DNA from: Phallusia mammillata
Lineage: Eukaryota
DNA length: 64,000 nt
NCBI GenBank assembly: GCA_965637545.1
Contig: OZ281494.1
Span: 6,262,001 to 6,326,000, forward strand
Direction of reading: 5' to 3'
A model generated the notes under the pieces. It did no database searches and was not told the DNA's origin. It saw nothing but the letters and a program-made list of their open reading frames with translations. The translations under genes were made by a program, and so were the position numbers. Positions 52,301 to 63,401 of this stretch are shown here, in pieces (the stretch's first letter is position 1; the number at the start of each line of letters is the position of its first letter).

Positions 52301-55300
52301 CTTTTATTTAAATCGTCACAAAAAATACTTACTTGAACCCGAAGAAGTACCAGCAAAGCCAAATGTAGGCTAGGATTAGAGTCACAAATGCACCAGGCAA
52401 TGCGTACATGATCCAGTTTCCAAATGACAACTTCACATCAGCGTCAGGAAAAGTTCTAATCAGAAAAATAAATTTAGTTAATGTGCTGCCTAAATAGTTT
52501 GAATCTCACTTAACCGATTTAGTAATAGCAATAAATATTAAACGCTTATTTGCAAAAGTCATCAAAAATTAAAATACACTGCATACGTAGAAACAAAAAC
52601 TGCTCAAAGAGTACTATTTGAGTTCGAAAACTTGTTTTAGACCCCACAAAACCTGCAAGATGACAGATTGCACATTTGGAAAAAAACTTGGTATATCGTT
52701 CTTACGACAAAGCAATTCGTGGAACAAGTTCATTGTTTAAAAAAAATTGCCTAGTATTAATGTTTGTAGACATTACTATGGAGACTTACTGTTCGTATAT
52801 CGCGGCCAGTACCAGATTAGGGGCCGTTCCTGTTAACGTAGCCGTTCCACCGATTGATGACGCAAAAGGGACACAGATTGTTACCCCAGTAATCAGAAGC
52901 TCCATTCGTTTTCGCTCAGTCTGTTCGCAAAGTTCCAACTCCTGAAACGTGTAAGATAGGAAACGGTTGTAGTTTGAATCTAATAGAGCTGGTGATACGA
53001 AATCGCATGCGAAAATACACGACTGTTAACACAATGTATCGCAAAGACAGAAAAGCTACAGTTGAGTGAGGGTTTTTCTATCTTCGAAAAGCCTTTTCAC
53101 AGTTTTTAGTGTAAAACTGTTTTAAGTTTGGTTGAACGAAAACTGGTTAACGATTTAACAGAAATATGAAAGAAATAAGTGAATGCGGTAACAAGAACAA
53201 AAATTAAGTTTGAGTTGTGAAAGAAAAATAATTGGATTTTTTAATGTACTTTTGAACTCACGTCTATAGTTTCCGCTTCCGAAACGTCTTTATCGGAACT
53301 TTTGTCACTGAAATCATCAACTTCTGAAAACGAACTTTCATCCAAATCAACCTGTGCAATATAAAGGCTTTAAGTAAGCTCTATATCTTGTACCTAATAA
53401 ATACAGAAAATGTAACAACTGCCCCGCTGGTTTGCCCTACCTTAACTTTACAACGGTGGGATTCGAACGCACAAAACCTTTACATTGCTGAGTGTCTTAT
53501 AATGGTTAGCAAGCACGAAAATTAAGCGACCAGGTAATGTTCTGCTTGATTTTTTTGTGATTGTAGACAAAGGTAATGTTTCAATCAATCAAATTAGCTT
53601 GTTTACTCACGCAATATTCTGGTGCGGATGATGCGAAAAACAAATTTTATGTAGATTTAAAAAGAATGGGTAACAATACATACCGTGAACATCGTATTAT
53701 CGTAGAATGACGTAGATTGGGAAATCCCCGTTGGCAATTCTTTCTTTATAGAATTCTGGTCGGATTTTTTGCCGAAGTTGTTTCTTTTCTTTATCAACAA
53801 AAACCTCAGTTATTACGTCGCGTCTTACGTTGTCTTATCGAGGTTAAAAAATATGCTTTATTGTCCAAAAACTTTAACTTAAAACAGATATCACTTTTCA
53901 GCATTTTATCTGTCCCATTTATCCTGAGATTTATACAAACAGGTCTGTCTTTGGTATTTGACCGTTTTTTCACGACCTTCGAAATTCTACTGTAAGTTTC
54001 TCATGGTAACTCGGTTTCTTTGACCTGAAATCGCGTGAAAACACAATAAAGTATTCGGCTCAGTAACTATGTCTGATCTCACCTTTTCAAAATTTCTCTC
54101 AGCATCAGCCTTGAGTTCGTTAAAAACAGCTTCAACGATGGGAAGCATCATGGCTGTGGTGGCGGTTGAGCTGATCCACATTGAGAGAAAGAATGTGATC
54201 GCCATGAAACCGAACATCAAGCTGCAAGTGCAATTATGGTCACAAGATTATTCCGACAATAGATAAAAACGGATTCTGTCCGTGCCCAATGTATTTCAAG
54301 CCAAAATCTCGAATGTATTATTTTTCTTAATAAATCAGAATTACCGGCAATGATCAAAAGTTTTTACCTTGGTAAAACACAAATGTGGCGTAGTGTGAAG
54401 TCAAGCCTGATTCAAGCAGATTTTATTGACACTGATGCTCAAACTTAAACCGGAACGTTACCCCAAACTCAAAGCTGTGAAGACGAAGTGTGAAGACCGA
54501 ACGTAACTTCGGGCAAAAAGTTGATAAACGCTCTGGCTTCAAACTATTTCAGAAATTATTTAGAACTTACGATCTTGGTTTTGCTCCGACAAGCATCAAA
54601 ATCCTAAGTGCGGTTCTTTTGTGTAGTCCAGTGACTTCCACAGCAATAGCAATGAGCAAGCCTCCGACGAACAACCAGCTGCTGTCGCGGAAGAAGGCAG
54701 CGCTAACTTCAGCTCCCGTCATGATTCCAGTCATTGGGAAGATTATAAGAGGCAGAAATGACGTCACTGCCAGGGGAATCACCTCTGCGATCCAGTAAAT
54801 TGCCATGAGAAGAATCGTGTAGCCGCATGCTGCCTCCTGAGATAAAAGATAAAAATATTTGGATATTTGCTCTGAGTGGGATCTGAACCCGCGTTGAAAC
54901 ATTTCTGAGGTGGATTTACCGACACAAAGTCACTTGTAAAAGTTCAACTCAAAGTTGTTTTTGCCTCTGCGTTTGACACTGATGCTTGATAGGTGAATAA
55001 ATACTAACAAACTCAAAACAGAAGGTGTGCCCTATCTTATTACTAAAGTAAGTTCATTTGAAAGATATTTAGGTAATTTTGTCTGAATCGTCAGGGAGAT
55101 AAATAATTAATATAGTGTAAAATAATCAGTGATAAAATAGTTTGTTACATTGCTTAGCCTAAAATGAAATCAAACATACATTTTTCAGGGAGCCACAATG
55201 TTGGACTTAGGAAAACAATTAGGATACTAACTTAGTGTTAATCAAGAAGAGTTCACAAAGGTTTAAACAAACCTTACAGGAGAGATGAATGGTTTTGCTC

Positions 55301-56534
55301 AAGGCTTATGTATTGTTGGATATACTGACTTCACAGATGTATTTAAACGACAAATGCCCAACTCAATGTTATTAAACATGCGAATACAATCATTACGTGA
55401 TCGTTGACGGCAGCATTTTCGTGCACCATAACACAGACCCCACTGCACTACAACATCTCCCCTGCAGCGATTAATAACAACATTCCGGGAATGTTTTGAC
55501 ACGAAATTCATCGGTGGTAAATGAGTTCAGCGGTGGTTGGGGGTAAAAACCGCAGCATTCTTGATACACGGGTGGTGGTGAAAAGATGATAGCATTCCCT
55601 CCGACGCAGTGTCAGTCAACAAGCGGTTTGTACCAGTGAAAGCTTGTTGTACACTGGTTATGTGGCCTGTCAGCAGGTTATGCAACTATCTCGTCTGTTT
55701 AACCTCGTTTCATCATTGAATTCGATGTGCGGAATGTTATTCGGCAAATTTAATTGCAAGCAAGGCGTTGTTTTTGCCAAATACCTTACGCGACATTTTA
55801 TGCAAAACTTGGTGTGCAAACAATTTGGTTTCGTTTAAATTTACAGAATTGGTCTGGTGGTTGCAAAAACTTCCAAAAGTTAAATTAGCGATTAAAAAAA
55901 CAAAACAGAAGGACTGATGCTATTACATAGCAAATGCAACTTTTCTTTGTAAATGCTAACACCAGCTGTGTATCACTTGTTTGAAGATTTTGTGGTCAAA
56001 ACATTGTCAATGAAATGTCGTACCAACACCGATGTTTTTGTTTTTTTGCGACTGAGTTTTGCAACGTTGAGTTGTCGTGATTTGAACCTCGCTTGTCTGA
56101 ACTGAGATGCTCCTTGCCGACAACCCCGCTATATGACGTCACGCTATGGGTAAATATTTGTTTGTGTCGCCGGACTTACGTTAAGTTGTAGGATTGGTTA
56201 CAACGACAAGTACGGAAGTAAACATTTATGTAGGAGAAGCCGACTGGATTCGAATACGAAAGTTTTTCTATTTGTTTGTTTTTTATATTTTTGCTTCGCT
56301 CTGCACAGCAGGCTGTTTTGCAAAACAAATTTTACAGCTTAAATGCTGTTAAAATGAACCAGTAAAGAATTTTGATGTTTTCTCAGAAGTTTTATTTTAT
56401 AAAATGGAAAATATAAATCAACTTACCGTGGTTGGGATAACAATGGGAATCGGGAGGAGTAACACAGGAGGAAGAATGACTGAGAGTGTACCACGGAAAG
56501 CCCAAATCTTCCTGAGCAGAAGAGGAACAGTCAT
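49356..56534 (-). CDS. SLC13: SLC13 family Na+/dicarboxylate-sulfate cotransporter (DASS family)
   Basis: Exons 56534-56427, 54836-54571, 54221-54083, [unresolved loop exon(s)], 53351-53262, 52941-52790, 52455-52333, 52195-52091, 51852-51650, 51410-51298, 51031-50870, 50151-50014, 49535-49356. Motifs: LLMAIYWIAEVIPLAVTSFLP, GLHKRTAL, SIGGTATLTGTAPN, FPWDILFLFAGGYALA, MAFMLPVATPSNAIAF. Paralog not assignable. Confidence 0.95.
49610..49789. mobile_element. hAT-type MITE in the last SLC13 intron
   Basis: TIR CAGTAGTGGGATTC / GAATACCACCACTG. Perfect TSD gatgaaag (49602-49609, 49790-49797). A second copy lies inverted at 62285. Confidence 0.92.
50538..50610. mobile_element. Truncated hAT-type MITE end
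   Basis: CAGTGATTCTCAAAC followed by GCGGCTC/GGCCGC subterminal motifs. No opposite end found. Confidence 0.55.
52237..52290. mobile_element. Truncated hAT-type MITE end
   Basis: CAGTGGTTCCCAAACTTTT, the same terminus type as the other elements. Confidence 0.55.
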
Positions 56535-57185
56535 AATGAACCACACGTTTCATAAGATGTATAAATTTGTGGTTTTATCAACAACTGCTCAAACAAAATA
56601 AAAACCAGGTCAAGCTGTAAGACTACTTGTTTTCGTCATGACTGCATATGAGCAATTTTGTCAGAAAATGCTTACTTAAGGTAAAAGTGCTGCACATTAT
56701 GTAGGCTAACTAAATATTAGAAATATTATTAGTAGTTTCAAAAGCGTCTAATTGCTGAAAAACCGCCTATTTGATTTCAATATTTTGATATCAATCAATC
56801 TCGCCTAAACATAATTGTTTCGCAAATAGCTGAACTTCGGCATTTTTTTCCTTTTACAACTTTAAGCACAGATTGAAAACTTTTGTCCCACTTTCCTCGC
56901 CTCTGCCTTCTATATTGTTTTAGCAACGTTATTTAGGGCAAAGCAACGCATGAAAACCACCTCATCAAAATTTTACAAACGTTTTGTGGTTTACAAGAGT
57001 CATTGCTGCCGTGTACGTTATTGTGGCTACTGGACAAGGCTAGAAAGATTACTTCTTTCACAAAACGAAAGTTAATTAAAACGGTGTTCGGATTGAGATT
57101 CGTAATTTGAAGTCTGTTGCAACGGCAGTTACAGACACGGTTTAAGATATTGACTCGATCAGTGTATCGCAATATTCAACTTATG

Positions 57186-57218
57186 CTTATGTTGGACTTA
57201 TGTTGGACTTATGTCGGA
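57186..57218. repeat. 11-bp tandem repeat x3
   Basis: cttatgttgga cttatgttgga cttatgtcgga. Confidence 0.85.
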
Positions 57219-58071
57219 TATATTTACTATTTTGTTTTGTAATTTTACACTTGACATTCGTATTTCTTATATCACCACAAAACGGTTTCGTTTGACTTAA
57301 ACTTCAAATGTTATGAATCCAAAATAAATTCGACTTGTTTCGAGTGTCGTAGCTGCCAGAAATCGTTTTGTTTTTTCAGGCGTAACGAATAGCAATTACC
57401 TAAAATTTACTCCGACGCTACATACAACCTTTTTTACAACACAGTCATTTCTCCACTTAACAGAGAAAATTTACAGAAAAAATCCATAAAGCTTCTAACT
57501 ACTCAGTTTTCTCCAAAATAGGAATGACTTTCAACCAAGTTGCAGTTAAAACCGGACAACTTCGTTTAACGGCACGATTTATTTGTCACAACAAGCACCT
57601 GAACCTGATCTTATATATTCCGGTCGAAGCGAAGCAAATTCCATGTGTAGGATCTAACTTGTTTATTTGCTTGTTCGTTCACGTCACCAGGCCAGTGGTC
57701 TGACGTTGGACCCGCGCGGGATTTTGATGCCTTACAGACGTGAACTTTCCATCACTGTTTGTGCGTTGAATTCCCGGGAAGTTAACTTGCTGACTCATCA
57801 GTGACAGCGTAAATGTTGTTGATAGAAAATGTCAACGTTGGTTTGCGTAGAAAATGCTGCAAAGTTACGAATTCTCGTCAAAATTTGCTGCAACGTTGCA
57901 AAATCTTGGAAATATTTGGTGGCTGCTGGTTTCTATCAACGTTTTGCAGCAAACCGATTGTTCTTTCTTTTGTTTCGGCAAAATACATCAATGTATATTC
58001 AATTTATCAAGGAGATTTACTGTTATGAATCGGATCAACGCCGTTTTAGATTTTTACATTGGGGTTTGAAT

Positions 58072-58532
58072 TAGAGATGTATCGAATATTCGGTTTGCCG
58101 AATTTATTCGGCCGAATCGGGCACTTTTGCAAAGATTCGGTTTCGGCAGAATAATTTGTTGCGATTCGGCCGAAACCGAATCTTTTACGAACAATCATTT
58201 AAAGCGTTGAACGTATCTGTTCTGCATAGTACTAACGAAAAACGCGTCAATCATTATATTTTTTAACACATTGTAGCTTTTCCCACTGCAGGCAAAAAAT
58301 CAGTAATTCATTGTCGGGTTGGCAATCAATGTTAAACCCCACAGAACTAAAACAAGGTCGAAACACAACCATTCTGCACTTACTGCCTGGTAGATAAACT
58401 TATGTTTTTATGTCAAACGCACAGGGTAAGACTTCGCGTGACGTCATAAATGATTCGGCCGAATTTATTCGGCAAAACCGCCGAATATTGTTTTCGGTCG
58501 AATCGAAATTTCGCCGATTCGGTACATCACTG
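58072..58532. mobile_element. hAT-type non-autonomous element with CCGAAT subterminal arrays
   Basis: TIR TAGAGATGTATCGAAT / ATTCGGTACATCACTG. Flanks gtttgaat and gtttgatc (6/8). Many CCGAAT/ATTCGG motifs cluster at both ends. Confidence 0.85.
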
Positions 58533-58578
58533 GTTTGATCCATCAATGTTGCAAAAGATTGTTAGCAATTCCGTCCTC

Positions 58579-58827
58579 TTTTGCATAGTTGTGACTTCTA
58601 ACCCTGTCTCTGCCACTGGTATTTTGCTTAACGTTAAGCGGTCCTTCAAGCCAGACTTTTAACTTGAGCGGTGTACCTTTTTATTTGATTTATCCGATTT
58701 GGGCAGTTCTTCACTTTAATAAGTTCAACACATCAGATTCCACTGGGTTGAAGGTACATGGCTCATGTTAAAGCTAAGCAAAATACTAGTGGCAGAGACA
58801 GGGTTAGAAGTCACAACCATGCAAAAA
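58579..58827. repeat. Long inverted repeat (55-bp arms, 52/55 identical, 139-bp spacer)
   Basis: 58579-58633 is the reverse complement of 58773-58827 except at three positions. Confidence 0.92.
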
Positions 58828-59572
58828 AAGATACAAATATTTGCTACTTTACATAAAGTTTTGCGTGGTTTGGTATATTAGTGTATCTTTACAACCCAAA
58901 TTAACACACGGCAAGAATTTAGGATAAAAAAGCTTAACTTAAAAGATATGACAACATTTTATTTTCTTACAGAATGCATGTTTATTTTCTGTTTATAGTG
59001 CAAATGTAAAACTAGTAAATTGTACACAAAATGATAAAAAATCAAATCTTCAAAATTAAACACAAAAAGATCCACAATATTATGATACTACACTTGTGTG
59101 TAATATTTGCACATGCAGCTAAATCTGGATATGGGGCAGCTTGCAAATCGGCATACAACAAACACAATTTTGTAAAAGACACAATGCAGCAAAAATATTA
59201 TAATAAGACAGTGAGTTACAATGATTTGTTGTTGACTTTTTTGTTAATGGTCACTTACAATTTTGAAAAAGATCACTTTACCAATGATGCAGTTTTTTTT
59301 TTTAAGTACAAAACATAAGATGTATTTGTTTTTGACATGTAAAGAAATTCACTTTATGCAACATTTTGATCACAATGTAAATTATAGATAGAAAAACAGT
59401 CATTTTTATAAATACAGAATGAGTTTTTATTAAATACATTTTCTATAGTACCAAAAAGAATGGCTTTCAGTGGAAAATAAAACAATATTCAAATAATACA
59501 GTCAAGAATATAGTACCAAATACTTATTATGAGATGCTTGGATAAATAGCAAAAAAATCAACACTGATATAT

Positions 59573-59938
59573 TCAACAGATGTCCATGGCAATCCCATTT
59601 TGTTTGAACTTAAGCAATGTTTTCTCTTCCATTGAGTTGGATGGTGGTGAAAGCTTAAAGAAGGTGTACAGCAAACCATTTTCCATTGCTGCGAAAAACT
59701 TCTCAAAATCACCACAGTATTCATCCCCATTAAACACTTGTGGTGGCAAAACTTTTCCTTCTTTCTTGCTTTCAGGCATCTTTGCAAGCATTATTTCTCT
59801 TGCTTCAGTGTTAATAGTGAGGTCAACCACCTCAAATCCAATATTGTTTGCATTCAAAAAGTTGATAATCTTGTTCTGATTGTCTCGAATACATTTGTTC
59901 ATCAAAACAGATGTCACGTACACAGTAATTCCACCCAT
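59573..59938 (-). CDS. SH3BGRL: SH3-binding glutamate-rich-like thioredoxin-fold protein (121 aa), intronless CDS
   Basis: ITVYVTS, FLNANNIGFEVVDL, LPPQVFNGDEYCGDFEKFFAAME, LYTFFKL match the SH3BGR family. Acceptor ggtttag 8 nt upstream of the ATG. Confidence 0.93.
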   Translation of the reverse strand: MGGITVYVTSVLMNKCIRDNQNKIINFLNANNIGFEVVDLTINTEAREIMLAKMPESKKEGKVLPPQVFNGDEYCGDFEKFFAAMENGLLYTFFKLSPPSNSMEEKTLLKFKQNGIAMDIC

Positions 59939-61115
59939 ATTGTAACCTAAACCAGCATATATTTTGCAACAAAATAAAAATTACACAACAATACAACCGG
60001 CTGTTGGAACAAAAACAGTGTAAAACATATTCTGAAAACTTACAAATAAAATAGGCACCACTGACCACTGATCTCTTTTTAAATCATACACTTCTGTGAC
60101 AAAATAACACTTAACTCTAAATCTGTTTCAAGCAAACGGAGAAACGTTTCAGTTAACTTTGTCTTCCCCGCAAACAAAAATAAAGTAATAACAGACAAGC
60201 ATTTGTTCTCACTTCTGCAAAGTATCACCTTCATTTTATCAGCTGTTTGCCACTAGCCTTTGACAAAACACGCACAGGCACACGTATCTGGAAGTGAGCC
60301 TATACCTGCTGGTTTTAAATTTGTTACTTTCCAATAGATGTAAAATTTATTTTGTATTTTTTCGATTTTGTTCGATTAACGATGCAATGTTAAATAAGTT
60401 TTTAAGCAAAAGATACGCTCATATTAACCCACCTTATGAATATTATTATGCCCTCGCTCAAGTCAAAAAAGTTAACTATTTCTGTCAGTGTGCAAAGATT
60501 TCTTTTATTATTAACTTCTATTTATCGTTAGCAATCATTCGAAAATGTAATACTACAGCTACGGAACAATCGAAAGTCGTTAAATAATCTCATTGTTTGG
60601 TGAGTCACGGTTGAGTGAAAACGGCCGGCTTGATCAGTAAATAATACTCGCCAGGGAGGGTCAGTCATGTAAAGTTGTGCGGTTGGTCGTAACATTAGTA
60701 ACAGTGGCTCGCCGCCATAAAAGGTAGGACACGCCTCACGTATACCGCAATGATTCAGCAAAATGTGTAGCAACCAGTCGAAGGTGTAAGGTTAAAAATA
60801 GCAAGAATGAGGTACTGTTGTGTTGTAGTTGCAGTTTAGTGGACATGAATTTTGTACAAGACGAAATCGTACTTAGTATTGCTGCTTATATTTTGCCGGC
60901 ATAGAAGCTTTACCATGCTAAAATTACTCAGTAATGGTAGGGTAAGTTGCATCGAGAGTGATTGTAGTGTTTAGCGTTGTTCAGCGTAGAGTTTACATGT
61001 AGCTTTTGAAAACGTAGCGGTTCCATGCAATGTTCAAAGGTATAACCAACAGCCTTGTTATCTTTTATAGTGCACTGTTTAAGTAACAGTTTTGCTGCAT
61101 ATAAATAAAAGAAAT

Positions 61116-62553
61116 ATGGCTTCAAGAATGCCACCGCCCGAAATACCACTTCAGTAAGTTTGTGCTGGTTCTAAACGTAAATGCTTTGTGCAAAAATGCA
61201 TTGTTTGTGTTACTGTAGAACTAGTCCATGTCAGGAAGCGTTTATGACATCATACTAGCACAAGCAACAGTGCTAGCCATTGTAAAACGGACTTGCTATT
61301 AATGCGCTGTTTATTTTTAAAGTTTATATCAAAAACGACAAACAGGCTTTGATACTTTGGATTTAACACTAATCTTCTTGTTGGAATATAATTTCAATGT
61401 GCGCCTAAGTCACCTTTTAGTTTAAATTTGAACGCCAGAAGGGCGTAAATAGAAATTGCCTCGTCATAATCACTAACAAACGGAATATGTTAGCCGTTGA
61501 AGTCCTCTTCTGGTGACTGTTGTGTTTTTGTGTGAAATTGGTTTCAATAACGGTTCGCTCATCTTCCAGAGACGACCAATACATTGAAGTGGATGAGTTG
61601 AAACGACGAATTTCGGAAAATAGTGTCGTAATCATCGACGTGCGGGACGATTCGGAAATACAAGGCTCCGGAAAAATAGCCACCCAAAGGTGGATTAACA
61701 TTCCGTGGGATGAAATAGGTAAGCGCCTTAGTATCCACAATTTTTTTGAAATTGTAGCTTTTGGGTTGAATACTGTTGTTTGGACTGATTCATTTCGACA
61801 CTTTGCCAAGAGTATTAAAATGGAATTCGTAAATCTTGATCTTATAAATGTAGTGGAAAAGTATTTCATTTAAAATTATTCCAAGACCGTTATTAAATTG
61901 CAATGTTCGTCACGTAAAAAGTGGGTGTTTAAGTCGGTTGCAGTCACGGCATTAATTCCGTCAAAAATTTTAGGAGAAGTTTGTCTGTTAAGAAGTTTGA
62001 ACCTGTATTTTGTTGTATGAAACAATGTGAAATTTACTTCACAGCTAACGAGTTTGCAAAAACTGATGCGGAATTTGAAAAGAAGCACGGATTAAAGAAA
62101 CCAACCGTACCAGGCGCAGAAGTAGTAATGCAATGTAGAACTGGGCGCAAAGCATCGCATGCTTTCACAACCTTATTTAAAATGGGATTCGACCAGTAAG
62201 CAAAAGTATTCTTTATTTTTGTAGTTTAGCTATATTCACTCCAGCAATCATTGGTGTATGTAAGGATATATGTATACACCAAGGCAGGGGTGGGATTCAA
62301 ATATTTTGTCAGCGGGTTCTATCACAAAAGTCGTATTTTTCAGCCGGTTCTGTTACAAAAAGTCCATTGACAGTAACCAGTAATGCTAACCGGTTCGTTG
62401 ATCTCATAAAACTTCGAGAAACGGTTCTATAGAACCAGTGCGTAAACGTATTTTCAACATTGCTATTCACTTGCTAATTTTATTACTGCGGTTTCATTTC
62501 ACAGAATGAAGAATTTGAAAGGTGGATACAACAAATGGATGGAATCAGCCTAA
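61116..62553 (+). CDS. Single-domain rhodanese/thiosulfate sulfurtransferase (TSTD1/TSTD3-like, 128 aa)
   Basis: Exons 61116-61153, 61570-61718, 62045-62195, 62505-62553, in phase. IIDVRDDSE, INIP, active-site loop CRTGRK, NLKGGYNKW. Confidence 0.9.
62285..62442. mobile_element. Second, 3'-truncated copy of the 49610 MITE family (inverted), in rhodanese intron 3
   Basis: Aligns by eye over about 155 bp to the reverse complement of 49610-49789 (e.g. GACAGTAACCAGTAATG, CCGGTTCGTTGATCTCATAAAA, CGGTTCTATAGAACC). Confidence 0.9.
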
Positions 62554-62953
62554 CAAGGAGCCCAATCTTGCCTAAAATAAAAAGAAGCAAATTAGTTTAA
62601 AAACCGATGTAACTTATTGTATCTGTTTTATGTGGATCCGTTTGTACCAAAATTGTAATTGTTCGCATATGCAATGAATGTAGTTTCAACTGTAGGGTAC
62701 TGACTCATATTACACTTTGCATAGTATAATTTTGATGTTGCACAAGTTTGTTGTATCTTCATTTTAGTTCATTACACTCTTTTGAGGTAATTTGCGTGTT
62801 TAGACGGAATAGGAAGAAATATCAATTAATCGGTGAACAGACATTGAACAGACAAGCTTTTCGACAACTATAACCACTTTATTTTGTCAACACATTACCG
62901 TCGTATTTTTGAAATTTTCACACACCTCAATACGCCATTACAACCTTATAATG

Positions 62954-63401
62954 CAGCGCTTCCCAACAGGTGGTTCGCGGCCCACCAGTGGGCCGCGAAA
63001 CTTGTCAAACTATTATCATACCAAAATAGAAGTTATACAGTTCGTGTGAACATACTTTCAAGTTTAACTATATTATCAAAAAAACAAACATATTACTCAC
63101 TATAAAAGCCACATAAGGTTTCACGTTAAACAAAGCTTTTATTCACACCCAAACTGCGATTGTCGCGTCACAACAGTAAATAAACTGCAATGGTCGCTTC
63201 ACAACAGTACTTGTATTAGTTGTAAAATGTTTGTCAGAACTCTCTTTGTTAGCTTCATTTGGACCCAGAATGAAACAAATACGGTTTCATAAAGGCAGGA
63301 AGTAAATTTGAGGCAAAAGTACAATGTGTTAAAACAGTGGTCCGCCAAAAATTTTTTTTTAAAAAAGTGGGCCGTGGGCTGGAAAAGGTTGGGAAGCACT
63401 G
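62954..63401. mobile_element. hAT-type MITE
   Basis: TIR CAGCGCTTCCCAAC / GTTGGGAAGCACTG. Perfect TSD ttataatg (62946-62953, 63402-63409). Confidence 0.95.

Noticed and set aside
53445-53510. Minus-strand GTTCGAATCCCACC resembling a tRNA T-loop
   Set aside because: Acceptor, D and anticodon stems could not be formed.
61488-61513. Alternative rhodanese first exon MLAVEVLF
   Set aside because: Splicing to 61570 creates an immediate TGA and no SECIS-like element was recognised.
380-63399. Most 60-90 aa entries in the supplied ORF track
   Set aside because: They start at TTG/GTG, are antisense or shifted frames of real exons, or have the Phe/Leu/Lys-rich composition expected from random AT-rich DNA.
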